From positions 224,001-288,000 of the forward strand of contig JBGASG010000004.1 of the NCBI GenBank assembly GCA_044229845.1: a DNA stretch of 64,000 nt, given 5' to 3'. The notes beneath the pieces were generated by a model. The model saw only the letters and a program-made list of their open reading frames with translations. It did not search any database and was not told where the DNA came from. How positions within the stretch are numbered: position 1 is the first letter of the stretch; each line of letters begins with the position of its first letter. Made by a program: the position numbers and the translations under genes. Below are positions 19,870-30,254 of the stretch, piece after piece. Source of the DNA: Candidatus Obscuribacteraceae bacterium (lineage in GTDB: Bacteria; Cyanobacteriota; Vampirovibrionia; Obscuribacterales; Obscuribacteraceae).

Positions 19870-21153
19870 ATGACCAATCCACAGACAACCTCCGTGCAGA
19901 CCCCCAAATCTTCGATGAAACTGTTTCCGGTGCAAGTGCTCACCGTCGGAGCGTTGACCGCTCGCATACGGGCAGTTCTGGAAGAACGTTTCGATCAAGT
20001 TGCAGTCAAAGGCGAGATATCCAACGCACGCATTCATTCATCCGGGCACTGGTATTTCTCGCTCAAAGACGAAGAAGCCTGTATCTCCTGTGTCTGCTAC
20101 CGCTCCACTAACGGCTCAATCAAATTTGCGCTGGAAGATGGGTTGCAGGTAGTAGTCCATGGAAGAGTCAGCGTATATGCACCCAAAGGTGATTATCAGC
20201 TGATTGTCTCAGCGCTGGAGCCGATTGGCGTCGGTGCGGCTCAACTGGCATTCGACCAATTGCGTACCAAGCTGCAGAGCGAAGGACTTTTAGAGCAAGC
20301 AAAGAAACGCTCGATTCCGCCGATACCGCGCAAAGTCGGCATCGTCACAAGTTTGCAGGCAGCTGCCTTGCAGGACATATTGACGGCGATCAAACGACGC
20401 AACCGCAATGTCAGCATCGTGATTGCACCAGCTAAGGTCCAGGGTGAAGGCAGCGCCGAAGAAGTGGCTCGCGCCATCACCGACTTACAGAGCTTGCCTG
20501 ATTTAGATGTCGTCATCGTTGCTCGTGGCGGCGGTTCGATCGAAGATCTGTGGTCGTTCAATACCGAGGTGGTGGCACGCACGGTGGCAGCCTGTCGGGT
20601 GCCGGTAATCTCCGGTGTCGGACACGAGACCGATGTCACCATCTGCGATCTGGTAGCCGACCTGCGGGCGCCGACACCGACTGCGGCGGCCGAACTGGTG
20701 GCAAAAGGGCACGCCGAGATCAAAGAGCGCTGGTCAAATCTTTCACGGCATCTGAACGCCGCAATGGAACAGAAAATGTTGCACGCGCGCCGGCATGTTG
20801 AGCGGCTTTCGCCGCGCAAATCGCTGGGCATGCACGTTGAAAGATTCAACCGGCTGCGCAATCAGTGGCACAGCAAACACGATCGGTTGGTCAGGCAAAT
20901 GTCCACCTTGATTTCCAATGCCACCAACCGGCTGCACAAGCGTCACGAAAAACTCGACGCACTCAGCCCGCTCAAAGTTCTGGAACGAGGCTTCGCCATC
21001 ATTCACAAACAAGACGGCAGCATCGTCCGTGATGCCGCCGACATAGCACCCGGCGAACAGCTGGAGATTCGCCTGCACAAAGGCAGCTTGCAAGTGTGGG
21101 TGACCGGCAACCGAGAACAAAAATCAACCGACACCATGAGGACAGCGAAATGA
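19870..21153 (+). CDS. xseA: Exodeoxyribonuclease VII large subunit
   Basis: GEISN...SGHWYFSLKD, VARGGGSIEDLWSFN, SGVGHETD, DLRAPTPTAAAE and LERGF motifs. Confidence 0.97.
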   Translation: MTNPQTTSVQTPKSSMKLFPVQVLTVGALTARIRAVLEERFDQVAVKGEISNARIHSSGHWYFSLKDEEACISCVCYRSTNGSIKFALEDGLQVVVHGRVSVYAPKGDYQLIVSALEPIGVGAAQLAFDQLRTKLQSEGLLEQAKKRSIPPIPRKVGIVTSLQAAALQDILTAIKRRNRNVSIVIAPAKVQGEGSAEEVARAITDLQSLPDLDVVIVARGGGSIEDLWSFNTEVVARTVAACRVPVISGVGHETDVTICDLVADLRAPTPTAAAELVAKGHAEIKERWSNLSRHLNAAMEQKMLHARRHVERLSPRKSLGMHVERFNRLRNQWHSKHDRLVRQMSTLISNATNRLHKRHEKLDALSPLKVLERGFAIIHKQDGSIVRDAADIAPGEQLEIRLHKGSLQVWVTGNREQKSTDTMRTAK

Positions 21154-21470
21154 CGGAAGTAGTACCAACCGCAACTGCCCCTGATGTGCAAGAAAGCACC
21201 GTTTCTACAGCCCCGGCCTCGAACTGCGCCCAATCGCCGGCAGCCACCGTCGACTTCGAAGCCACGCTCTCAGAGCTGGAAACTATCGTTGTACAGCTGG
21301 AAGGCGAAGTAAAACTGGAAGAAGCACTCAGCCTTTTCGAGCGCGGGATGAAGCTCAGCCACCAGTGCGAACACTTCTTGCACTCTGCCGAACAAAAGAT
21401 CGAAGTGCTGAAGCGCGCTGCCAATGGCAGTCTAGAGACTACATCCTATGCGCCGGAGTCCGACGTATAG
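21150..21470 (+). CDS. xseB: Exodeoxyribonuclease VII small subunit
   Basis: FEATLSELETIVVQLE...LEEALSLFERGMKL...AEQKI; ATGA overlap with the xseA stop. Confidence 0.93.
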   Translation: MTEVVPTATAPDVQESTVSTAPASNCAQSPAATVDFEATLSELETIVVQLEGEVKLEEALSLFERGMKLSHQCEHFLHSAEQKIEVLKRAANGSLETTSYAPESDV

Positions 21471-21522
21471 CTTAAATCTTGCACTGTAGGCGTCATTGAA
21501 GGCTCATGAGACGGCTCTCATC

Positions 21523-21551
21523 TTGACAGGCTCCCGAAATTAACTTAAGCT
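21523..21551 (+). promoter_or_regulatory. Sigma70-type promoter for the TadG-like gene
   Basis: TTGACA (21523-21528), 17-nt spacer, TAAGCT (21546-21551). Confidence 0.6.
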
Positions 21552-21658
21552 AATCTTAGGCAGAATCCCCTGCTTTCGGTACCCCACAATTCAAACTGGC
21601 GGCGCGTATCAAAAGCGCTGTGTGGTGTACCTTGACGCTGATGACCAGGAGTTCCTGC

Positions 21659-24400
21659 ATGCCCAATTCGACCCGCAACTCACGCGGCAATATGCTCGTG
21701 TTGGCTTCGGTCGCTACCCTCGGCATACTGGTGGCGCTTTTGCTCCTGGTTATGAATTTCGGTCGCGTCACCGGCGGGGCAGGTGAGCACCGCACTGCCA
21801 TAGAAGCAGCCGCTCTGGCAGCAGCAACCGACCTGGCTCGGATCGTCATAGACGACCCCAACTACGGCTTCATCTCGCTCGGCGATCACCCGCCGATCGG
21901 CAGACGCACAGTCGCACGCGATGGCGAACCGCTGCCGGTCATGGGCATCAACACAATTCTGGGCACTGCGAGACTCGACTACATCATCGCTCGCGAGATC
22001 AACGATCAGACAATGATCCAGCTCGCCCAGCAAGACATCACCAACGCCAAAGCTGCAGCCACCCGCTTGCAGACAGCTCTCAACGATGCCATCAAACCTG
22101 GTGCGCAAACAGAAGACTTCGACGGCATGCGCGTCACGCCTTACGAAAGAGCTCTGGCGCTTTACGAAAACAATCTCGTAAAAATGACCGGCGGCAAGCT
22201 GGTGACCGGTTCGTTCAAACTCAGCCTTGGCTGGCTGGAAGGCGGTGCTTCCACCGTCACGCCGGTGCCCGATGAAGCGCGCTTGCCGGACGCCGCCAAA
22301 GTGCCTCCAGATAAGCAGTTGGACGGCAACTATAAAGCGTTCGTCAATGTGCCCGCGCATGGCACCAACTTTTATTTCGCCGGCATGGGCAATCGTATTT
22401 CGCTGGTCGACCAGAGCAAATTCAAAGCACCGCAAGCAGAAATCTTTTGTTCGGTGGTGCGAGCCGAAGCGGATCAAACAGTGGAGTCCATCGATGGGCG
22501 CTATCAGGGCGCCGTCACCCATGCCGCCGCCTGCGCACTGCCGCTCGGACACAACGACGTCACTCCAGCCGGTGTGCTCAGTGTCGCCTTCCCGGATGGA
22601 CTCGTGCCCGGCGTCGAACAATTGCGCGACCTGTTTGGCGACAACCAACTCAAATCTCGCACCGGCAAAGCCTGGGTGCCGCAAAACGGTGACTGGCCGC
22701 TCGACCAGGGCAGCAGTTTAACCACCGCCACCAACCTGGCCTCTGGTTCCCCAACCACCACTCAAGCCTGGTCGACCGGCTTTTATCACTGGCTGCGCAC
22801 AGCGCGCACCCGCCCGCGTCCGGCTAGCGTTCTGGCTATGCTTGACAAAGATTTCAATGCCACCATCGTCGATGGCATATCCCAGGTAACGCTCACCTCC
22901 GCAAATCTGATCCCCCCCGCTTACGCAGGCACCATCACGGACGACACGCCTACTGCCATGGTCAATGACCTGCGCATCAACGAGCGCTACAATGCCATTA
23001 TCGCCAACCAACAACCGGCTAAAAACGGCTACTGGCGCTCCGCTCGACAGACTAAGATTCGCCCGCAATTACCGGACAATACTCCATCGGTCAACTGCAA
23101 AAAGACCGGCGAACTGGCATACGCAACAGGCATCATCAATCCGCAAACGATGATCGATTTCCATCAAGCAATCAGCAACACCAATGCAGCCGCCCTCACC
23201 ACTCTTGCTCTTTGCGAACGCATCGAATCCGACATCGCGGCCGGACAACTAACTTTGAGCGCCGGGCAATTGCAAAATCTCAACAACGCTAAGCGCAACG
23301 CTCTCAAGGTTTCTCAGGACAGCAACTACGTGATCAACCACCAGCTCATCCTCACCGCCATGGGACTGAAGCAGATCAATTCCAACTACGAATTGGCCCG
23401 CCAGACGCTGCGCCCCAAACCCAGACCGGCAGCCAACATCAACGAGATACTGACCGGCAACGACTCATCAGGCGGTGATCCCAACGACAAATGGTCGTCT
23501 TCGAATTTTGCTTCTTTCTATGTCGATAACAAGCCTGATCAGGCAGCGGGAGCATTTCTTGTGGACCGCGACGGGTTCGATGGTGCCACGTTCCTGTTTC
23601 GCTTCGACTCGACAGGGCAGGTGGTCGTCAATGACACAGACGGTACGCCTTTCGCCACCGTTCCAGTCTCAGAAAATCAGACCTACTTCGTCAATCTGGA
23701 CGCCATGCAGACCGGCAATCCACAAATACCAGTGACCTGGACTTCTACCATGCGCGATGAGTCAGGCAATATGGGCAATACGCTGGGCGGCAAGCATGCC
23801 GGACAACCCCTGGCCGGCGGCTCCATCGACTGGTGCCAACGCAGCGACCTGGCCGTGCAGGGCGGCAGCGACGGCGTCTCATTCGAATCACCCACTCAGG
23901 GACATCACTCCACCGGGGGTTCCGCAGGCAACCCGGGTGGAGCCAATCCACAGCAAACGCCTCTCGTGAATCAAGTCACGTCAACAGTGGGTCAGCTGTT
24001 CGGGCTGAACGGCACCAACTCCTCCAGCAACAACACACCCTCTCCGGGCGGCAGCGGCACGTGGGGCACCTGGACCGATCAGCAGGGCAATCCGATTAAC
24101 ACCACTATTGGTGGCAAGACCGTGCCCAAATGGTTTATCTGCGGTGGACTGGCAGTCGATTTTCAGCTGCGCGCCCCGCTTATACTAAGACCGGCCAATC
24201 TCAACCCGGGACCCACAGTCAACGTGCGCGAGACTCCCGGCGGCTACGCCGAGGTGACCGGCGTGCGCATGCCCGTGGCCGGGCTGACCGGCGTCAAAGT
24301 GCTGCCGGGAGCACAGAGCGGTCCCACTCGCAAAGTAACGAGCGCGCCTGGCAATCCACCGATGATTGTCGAGCCCGACGTCACCGATGACGTCCAGTAA
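21659..24400 (+). CDS. Large exported protein with TadG/pseudopilin-like N-terminus
   Basis: AGGAG before ATG 21659; RG followed by a hydrophobic helix and AIEAAALAAA motif; long unrecognised ectodomain. Confidence 0.7.
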   Translation: MPNSTRNSRGNMLVLASVATLGILVALLLLVMNFGRVTGGAGEHRTAIEAAALAAATDLARIVIDDPNYGFISLGDHPPIGRRTVARDGEPLPVMGINTILGTARLDYIIAREINDQTMIQLAQQDITNAKAAATRLQTALNDAIKPGAQTEDFDGMRVTPYERALALYENNLVKMTGGKLVTGSFKLSLGWLEGGASTVTPVPDEARLPDAAKVPPDKQLDGNYKAFVNVPAHGTNFYFAGMGNRISLVDQSKFKAPQAEIFCSVVRAEADQTVESIDGRYQGAVTHAAACALPLGHNDVTPAGVLSVAFPDGLVPGVEQLRDLFGDNQLKSRTGKAWVPQNGDWPLDQGSSLTTATNLASGSPTTTQAWSTGFYHWLRTARTRPRPASVLAMLDKDFNATIVDGISQVTLTSANLIPPAYAGTITDDTPTAMVNDLRINERYNAIIANQQPAKNGYWRSARQTKIRPQLPDNTPSVNCKKTGELAYATGIINPQTMIDFHQAISNTNAAALTTLALCERIESDIAAGQLTLSAGQLQNLNNAKRNALKVSQDSNYVINHQLILTAMGLKQINSNYELARQTLRPKPRPAANINEILTGNDSSGGDPNDKWSSSNFASFYVDNKPDQAAGAFLVDRDGFDGATFLFRFDSTGQVVVNDTDGTPFATVPVSENQTYFVNLDAMQTGNPQIPVTWTSTMRDESGNMGNTLGGKHAGQPLAGGSIDWCQRSDLAVQGGSDGVSFESPTQGHHSTGGSAGNPGGANPQQTPLVNQVTSTVGQLFGLNGTNSSSNNTPSPGGSGTWGTWTDQQGNPINTTIGGKTVPKWFICGGLAVDFQLRAPLILRPANLNPGPTVNVRETPGGYAEVTGVRMPVAGLTGVKVLPGAQSGPTRKVTSAPGNPPMIVEPDVTDDVQ

Positions 24401-24408
24401 TCCAGTAA

Positions 24409-24960
24409 CTATTCTTCGGTGTCTTCTTCGTCGTCGGCTTCAGCTTCAACAGATTCAGCGGCGACTTCGGCAGTTTCTTCTTTCTTGGCGGCTTTTTCAG
24501 TCACTACAAAACCGGGCGGATAGACTTCGACCGTTACTTCGACCTGTACTTCCGGAGCCACTTTCACTTGCACTTTGTAGGCGCCGATGGCAGTGATGTC
24601 GTCAGCGGTCTTGATGGTGCGCTTGTCGATTTCTTTGCCAAGCTTTTCTGTGAGCGCTTGCGCGATTTCTTTGTTGGTCACTTTACCGTAAAGTCTGCCG
24701 CCTTCGCCCGCTTTGGCATCGATGCGAACCGAACCGAGAGCCGCGATTGTTTCGCCGAAAGCAACGGCTTCTTGATGGGTCGCTTCGGCTTTCTTGCGCA
24801 GCTGTTCGAGATCTTCTTCCCGTTTCTTCAAAGCGCCCGTCGAGGCGACAACTGCAAATCCGCGCGGCTGCAAATAATTGCGATAGTACCCGGGCGCCGC
24901 TTCGACGACGTCGCCGATTTTGCCGAGCTTATCTACGTTTTTCTGAAGAATGACTTTCAT
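24409..24960 (-). CDS. rplI: 50S ribosomal protein L9
   Basis: MKVILQKNVDKLGKIGDVVEAAPGYYRNYL and GRLYGKVT motifs; acidic C-terminal tail. Confidence 0.96.
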   Translation of the reverse strand: MKVILQKNVDKLGKIGDVVEAAPGYYRNYLQPRGFAVVASTGALKKREEDLEQLRKKAEATHQEAVAFGETIAALGSVRIDAKAGEGGRLYGKVTNKEIAQALTEKLGKEIDKRTIKTADDITAIGAYKVQVKVAPEVQVEVTVEVYPPGFVVTEKAAKKEETAEVAAESVEAEADDEEDTEE

Positions 24961-25096
24961 GTTTTTATCCAGACTGAGAGAGCGATTGATATCAATATGG
25001 GCTGAGTCAGCAAGCGGGGACTCGCCGAAGACAGACTTTACCACGCCCGCCGATGCCCGTATGCGGCAGCCAGGGGCGTTTTAACCAAATTTATAT

Positions 25097-25558
25097 CTAG
25101 TAGCCTCGCTCCCGGAACATGCCCCGGACCCCAGACGGGTCCGTAGAAAAGCCGAATTTGCGGTAAAAAGAGTCGGTTCCCGGGTCGGCATAGAGGGTGA
25201 CAAGAGGTATCTCGAATGTATCCAGATCCTTCAAAAGCTCAATCATCACCAGCCTGCCAAGACCACGCCTTTGATGAGTCGGTCTGACCGCCACATCCCA
25301 GATTGTGGCGTTGAAGACCATGTCGCCGGTTGCCCGCGCAAAACCGACCAGTGTTTGCCCTTCCCAGGCGCTAATTACAGCCAGGCTGTTGAGCAATGCC
25401 CGGGTGATCAGCGCCGGCTCGCGACGACTCCACCCGACGGACGCGCACAGGTCTTGCACGTCAAGCGGCGGCACATTTTTGTCGTGGCTGAACGTAATGC
25501 CGCGCAGGAAGTCATCGCGCGATCCTTCATGACGTTTCCAGATGCTAGAAAGGACCAC
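25097..25558 (-). CDS. GNAT N-acetyltransferase (Ycf52-like)
   Basis: LCASVGWSRR, VGFARATGD.VFNATIWDV, QRRGLG and VTLYADP motifs. Confidence 0.88.
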   Translation of the reverse strand: MVLSSIWKRHEGSRDDFLRGITFSHDKNVPPLDVQDLCASVGWSRREPALITRALLNSLAVISAWEGQTLVGFARATGDMVFNATIWDVAVRPTHQRRGLGRLVMIELLKDLDTFEIPLVTLYADPGTDSFYRKFGFSTDPSGVRGMFRERGY

Positions 25559-25585
25559 GAACAGCTCCTTGGGTTATCTTCGATA

Positions 25586-27046
25586 TTAACATTCCCGCTT
25601 CTGCAATTGAGTTACCGATTCCACGTGAAACGTTTGGGGAAACATGTCGACCGGCTGGACCGATTCGACGTCATAACCACCGTCCACGAGAATGCGCAAA
25701 TCACGCGCCAGCGTCGCTGGATTGCAGCTGACGTAGATGATTTTCTTAGACTGCAAGTTGAGCACAGTGTTCAGGACTTCCGGCGCGACGCCCTTGCGGG
25801 GCGGATCAAGCACGATTATATCGGCGGCAAAAGTATCGTCGGCGGCCAGCGCGGGTAAGACATCTTCGACACGTCCCAACCTGAAATCAATGTTGGTCAG
25901 CCCGTTGAGGACCGCATTGCGGCGCCCGTCCTCGACGGCCGGTTCCACCTCTTCAATCGCCACCACTTGCCGGCACGAAGCAGAGAGCCACTGCGCAATC
26001 GTGCCCACCCCTGCATAAGCGTCAATCACCACCGGCGCGCGCCCCAATTGGTCGGCCCTGGCTTGCACCGATGCCAGCACCACGTCGAGAATTCGAACCG
26101 CCTGCTCGGAGTTTACCTGGAAGAAACTCTGGGAGGACAGCCGAAACTTAAGACCGTTCTCCTGCAGTGCAGGTGGAGCTGACGGCAGTTTTGAACGCAA
26201 TTCTTCAGTGACATGATCGACACCGGCAACGGTCACCGTGGTATCGCCCATGATGCGATTGCCGCGCAGCGCATTGAAGTTGACACACACACCCTTTACT
26301 GCGCGCACCGCTTCCATCACTTCGGCAGCAACCGGTTGCAGTTTTTGTACAAACTCGTCCTGATCAGCTGCCTGTGCGTTTAGAACAATAGTCAAAAGCA
26401 CGTCCGAGCGCGCCGCGCTGACCCGGGCGGCAATGTGCCGAACCAAGCCGCGATGCTCGGCTTCATCGTAGGCGCGAAAGCGATGTTTCTCCAAAGAAAG
26501 TTTGGTCGCCTCCAGCATCTTGTCGAGCACATCCGGCTGGACGGGGCAGTGCTTTATGTTGACCAGTTCATGCGTGCCTTCTTTGTAATAGCCGGCGAGC
26601 AGACGCGATGAACCGTGCGGATTGGCGGTCGGAAATTGCACTTTGTTTCTATAGAAAAGCGGGTTGTCCGCGCCAACCACCGGCAACACCACTTCGGGAT
26701 CCAGTTTGCCGATGTGCTTGATTGCTTGTTTGACAATGTCCTGTTTGGCGCTCAGCTGATGGCGGTAGTCGATGTGCTGCCACTGGCAGCCGCCACAGAC
26801 TTTGAAAATCTTGCATGGTGGCTCGCTGCGCTGGTCGGATGGCTCGTCGATCTGCACGACTTTGCCCCGTGCAAAATTCTTCCTAACATCAAACAATTCT
26901 GCGGTCACCAGATCGCCCGGCGCCACGCGGCTGACAAATACGGGCACGCCCAGGTCTTTGGCGACGCCCTCGCCGCCAGCCGCCAGCGACGATATGCGCA
27001 ATTTGACGCGCATATTCTTCTTGAGTTCAGTCTCGTTTCTCTTCAT
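25586..27046 (-). CDS. rlmD: 23S rRNA (uracil-1939-C5)-methyltransferase, TRAM domain
   Basis: CKIFKVCGGCQWQH Fe-S motif, YRNK, SFFQVN, DAYAGVG, LDPPRKG, YVSCNPATLARD and DMFPQTFHVE. Confidence 0.94.
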   Translation of the reverse strand: MKRNETELKKNMRVKLRISSLAAGGEGVAKDLGVPVFVSRVAPGDLVTAELFDVRKNFARGKVVQIDEPSDQRSEPPCKIFKVCGGCQWQHIDYRHQLSAKQDIVKQAIKHIGKLDPEVVLPVVGADNPLFYRNKVQFPTANPHGSSRLLAGYYKEGTHELVNIKHCPVQPDVLDKMLEATKLSLEKHRFRAYDEAEHRGLVRHIAARVSAARSDVLLTIVLNAQAADQDEFVQKLQPVAAEVMEAVRAVKGVCVNFNALRGNRIMGDTTVTVAGVDHVTEELRSKLPSAPPALQENGLKFRLSSQSFFQVNSEQAVRILDVVLASVQARADQLGRAPVVIDAYAGVGTIAQWLSASCRQVVAIEEVEPAVEDGRRNAVLNGLTNIDFRLGRVEDVLPALAADDTFAADIIVLDPPRKGVAPEVLNTVLNLQSKKIIYVSCNPATLARDLRILVDGGYDVESVQPVDMFPQTFHVESVTQLQKREC

Positions 27047-27114
27047 GCAAGGAGGTCCGCCGGACATTTATACTGGCTGATTGGTGGTCAAGAATACTAT
27101 ATGAACGCACCCGC

Positions 27115-28353
27115 ATGACGCTCCAATTACTCCACGTCTCCGACATTCACTTAGGCTCCGGCGAAACGCACGGGCGCATCAATCCCAAAACGGGGTTGAA
27201 TGTTCGCTTCGAAGATTTCGCGCAAGCGCTTTCCAAGTCGGTCGATTACGCGCTGGAGCATAAAGTAGATGTTTATCTCTTCTCGGGCGACGCATATAAG
27301 AATGCCTCCCCTGAACCCGTTTATCAGAAAGCTTTTGCACGCCAGCTCAAGCGTCTTTCTGATGCCGGCATTCAGACTATATTGCTGGTCGGCAATCATG
27401 ACCAGGTGATGCGCTCGACTGAAAGCCATTCGATGTCGGTCTTCGAGAGCCTGGAGATCGCGAATGTAATCACCATCGATCGGCCGGGACTGCATGTGCT
27501 CGACACGCCGCACGGTAAGCTGCAGGTGATCGGCATCCCGCATGTGACCCGACATCTCCTGATGACGCATGAGAAGTACGCGGATCTTTCAACAGCAGCC
27601 GTCGATAAAGTTCTGGTCAATCACGTCGATGCACTGGTCAGACACTATCTCGACGAGTTGGATGACCAGATCCCCGCAGTCGCCACTGCACACATGATGG
27701 TAGACCGGGCCCGCGCCGGTGCCGAGCAAGATTTGATGATCGGCTATTCGCTGACTTTTCCTCTCGAGATGTTTGTGCATCCAGCCCTCGACTATGTCGC
27801 GCTCGGACATGTGCACGGGCACCAGGTGCTGCGCGCCGGCGAACCGTCCATCGTTTATGCCGGCAGCATGGAACGCGTGGACTTCAGCGAGGAAAACGAA
27901 GACAAAGGTTTTGTGCATGTGCAGTTGACGCGCGGCAATTGTACTTTTCAGTTCGTCTCCATCGCACCACGACGTTTCCTCACAATTGATGCCGATGTCA
28001 CCAACAGCAGCGAGCCCACAGAAGCGTTGCGTCGCCTGATAGCCAAGCAACAACAGCATTTAGATGGGTGCGTTCTGCGTATCCGCTATAAGGTGCTGAC
28101 CGAACAACTGCCCGATATTGACGAAAACGCGCTGCGCGCCGAGTCTGAGGCTGCATTGACCGTCAAATTCAAGCCGGAAGTTGTCGTCAACGAGCGACCC
28201 ACGCGCATGCCCGACTTGCAAGAGAGTGCGGCGGCCAGCCCCCTGACCGCCCTCGATCAGTATCTAGAGCGGTCAGCTCCGGAACGCCGCGAAGACCTGA
28301 TGGCCAGGGCGCGAGCACTGGCTGAGAAACTGCAGGCTGATGCCGCCGAATAG
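27115..28353 (+). CDS. sbcD: SbcD/Mre11 family exonuclease subunit
   Basis: SDIHLG, SGDAY, VGNHD, AH, YVALGHVH and YAGSMERVDFSE motifs; no sbcC adjacent. Confidence 0.92.
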   Translation: MTLQLLHVSDIHLGSGETHGRINPKTGLNVRFEDFAQALSKSVDYALEHKVDVYLFSGDAYKNASPEPVYQKAFARQLKRLSDAGIQTILLVGNHDQVMRSTESHSMSVFESLEIANVITIDRPGLHVLDTPHGKLQVIGIPHVTRHLLMTHEKYADLSTAAVDKVLVNHVDALVRHYLDELDDQIPAVATAHMMVDRARAGAEQDLMIGYSLTFPLEMFVHPALDYVALGHVHGHQVLRAGEPSIVYAGSMERVDFSEENEDKGFVHVQLTRGNCTFQFVSIAPRRFLTIDADVTNSSEPTEALRRLIAKQQQHLDGCVLRIRYKVLTEQLPDIDENALRAESEAALTVKFKPEVVVNERPTRMPDLQESAAASPLTALDQYLERSAPERREDLMARARALAEKLQADAAE

Positions 28354-28541
28354 CGGCAAAACGCAAGTGTGCGTTATCCCGCACGCCGATCTTCGTAGTA
28401 TCCCCATTGTTGACGGCCTGGATTCGCCGTAGATTGGGAATGCTAACAAGCACCCATCCCCCTGCCGTTTATAGCTGTCACCTCCGCCCCGCGCGGACGG
28501 ACTCTCAACGCGTCTTTACCTACCATCCCAGGTTGAATGCA

Positions 28542-29135
28542 ATGACTACTCTTGAACAAGCCGCCCCAGTAGAAAAACAGATCGCTCAAGTTCAGTTGAT
28601 GCCGGACGGTGGTCCCGGACAATCCGACAACGCCGCTCACAACGCAGAGAAGAGTCGCATTCAGGGATCGGCAGGACAAGCGGCAACCGACGCCACAGTC
28701 GGTGCGGACGCCATCACGTTCGGCAAAGCCGGCAGTGACAAAGGTTGGTCGCCGGAAGAGTTCGCCAAAACCGCCATGGGCGTAGCGCTGGAATTGAACA
28801 CTGTCGGCTGGTCCGGTAAGGGCGTACGCATGGCATTAGAGCGCATGGGCGAAGAAGTTGGTCGCGCCAACGCTGCCGATCTCGGTCAGCAACTGTTCGA
28901 CAGCGGCAAGTATGACAAGATTCCGTGGAATCCCAAAGATGCACAGACAGGCGACATTCTGGTTCGTCCGCCGGCTCAAGGCAGCCCGAGCGTCTATGGA
29001 GACATCATGGTAATCACCGGTCGCAACGCCGCGGGCGGACCAATCGGAGTCAACGACCACGTCAATAACAACATTCAGCCTGATAGCAATCGCTTCGAAG
29101 GCAGCTACATCCTGCGCCGTAAGCCGGGCGCTTAG
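28542..29135 (+). CDS. Hypothetical protein with degenerate NlpC/P60/CHAP-like C-terminal domain
   Basis: GWSGKGVRMAL, GDILV and YGDI pattern resembling papain-like amidases; start uncertain. Confidence 0.55.
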   Translation: MTTLEQAAPVEKQIAQVQLMPDGGPGQSDNAAHNAEKSRIQGSAGQAATDATVGADAITFGKAGSDKGWSPEEFAKTAMGVALELNTVGWSGKGVRMALERMGEEVGRANAADLGQQLFDSGKYDKIPWNPKDAQTGDILVRPPAQGSPSVYGDIMVITGRNAAGGPIGVNDHVNNNIQPDSNRFEGSYILRRKPGA

Positions 29136-29202
29136 GATCCAATCAGTCACACGCAATAGTCCAAAGACAGTGTAAAGCAACACATGCACTGATCAAATCA
29201 CC

Positions 29203-29236
29203 AGACGTCGGGCACCTCCACCCGGCGTCTTTTCTT
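29203..29236 (+). terminator. Rho-independent terminator
   Basis: AGACGTCGGG-N8-CCCGGCGTCT followed by TTTCTT, between convergent genes. Confidence 0.6.
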
Positions 29237-29260
29237 CGGCCTCTTTTCTTGGCGTCGTGT

Positions 29261-30172
29261 TCAGCCCGCGCTGGCTTGGCGCAGCAGCTTGCGAGCCGTC
29301 GCTCGCGCAACATCGACTGGAATCGCAAACCCGATGTTCTGCGCGTCACTGCGAATCGCCATGTTGATACCAATCACTTCGCCTTCTATGTTCAATAGCG
29401 GACCACCGGAATTGCCCGGATTGATCGCAGCATCCGTCTGAATCAGCTCGAAATTATTGTTGAGCCCGTTGAGCGAGCGCCCGATCGCACTGACGATGCC
29501 GAGCGTTACGCTGTGCTGCAGTCCCATGGGCGTTCCAATCGCCACTGCATAGTCGCCGGCGCGAATTGAGTTACTGTGGCCGAGCCGCGCCACCGGTAAG
29601 TGCTGCGCGTCGATCTTCACCAGTGCCAAATCCGACACGTTATCGCGTGCCACCACTTGTCCACAGAACGCACGATTGTCGCTGAGGGTCACGCGAATCG
29701 TGTCGGCATTGCGTACTACGTGATTGTTTGTCAGCACGTAACCATCTGATCTAACGACCAGCCCGGAACCCGCTCCGCGAGCTTCAGTAGGTTTGAGCGA
29801 CCGTTTCGACACCGTCGATCCACTCGACCCATTTATCGGACAACCGGGCAAGGGCATGGTGGTGTCTATCGAGACCACGCTAGGCACAGCGGCGGCCGCA
29901 ATGCGAGCAATCGGATTGTGATCAGCTTTTTCAGCGGCGCGAACTTTTGCATCGACAGACACAGTCGAAGAAATCGGCATCGTATTATGTGCCGGCAGCG
30001 TCGCATCAGAAACTGGAATGGTCGTTGCACTGAGCTTTTCATCTGCGCTGCGCATAGACCACCCACCGACAAATGCCAGCGACAGCCCCAACAGCACACA
30101 TGTCAGCTCGACAAAGCGCGGTCGTCCGGGACGGTCGAAATTGTTGCTATCCACTTTGCGAAGGGGGTCCAA
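29261..30172 (-). CDS. HtrA/DegP-like trypsin serine protease without PDZ domain
   Basis: GSG, LTNNHVV, SDLALVKI, IQTDAAINPGNSGGPL and GFAIP motifs; N-terminal TM. Confidence 0.92.
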   Translation of the reverse strand: MDPLRKVDSNNFDRPGRPRFVELTCVLLGLSLAFVGGWSMRSADEKLSATTIPVSDATLPAHNTMPISSTVSVDAKVRAAEKADHNPIARIAAAAVPSVVSIDTTMPLPGCPINGSSGSTVSKRSLKPTEARGAGSGLVVRSDGYVLTNNHVVRNADTIRVTLSDNRAFCGQVVARDNVSDLALVKIDAQHLPVARLGHSNSIRAGDYAVAIGTPMGLQHSVTLGIVSAIGRSLNGLNNNFELIQTDAAINPGNSGGPLLNIEGEVIGINMAIRSDAQNIGFAIPVDVARATARKLLRQASAG

Positions 30173-30254
30173 GATTCACCACCAATGCCCTTTACGTCAC
30201 TGGTAGTCGATTTCAGGCAATGGTTTGTTCCGAACGCAGGTGCTATGGAGTTGC

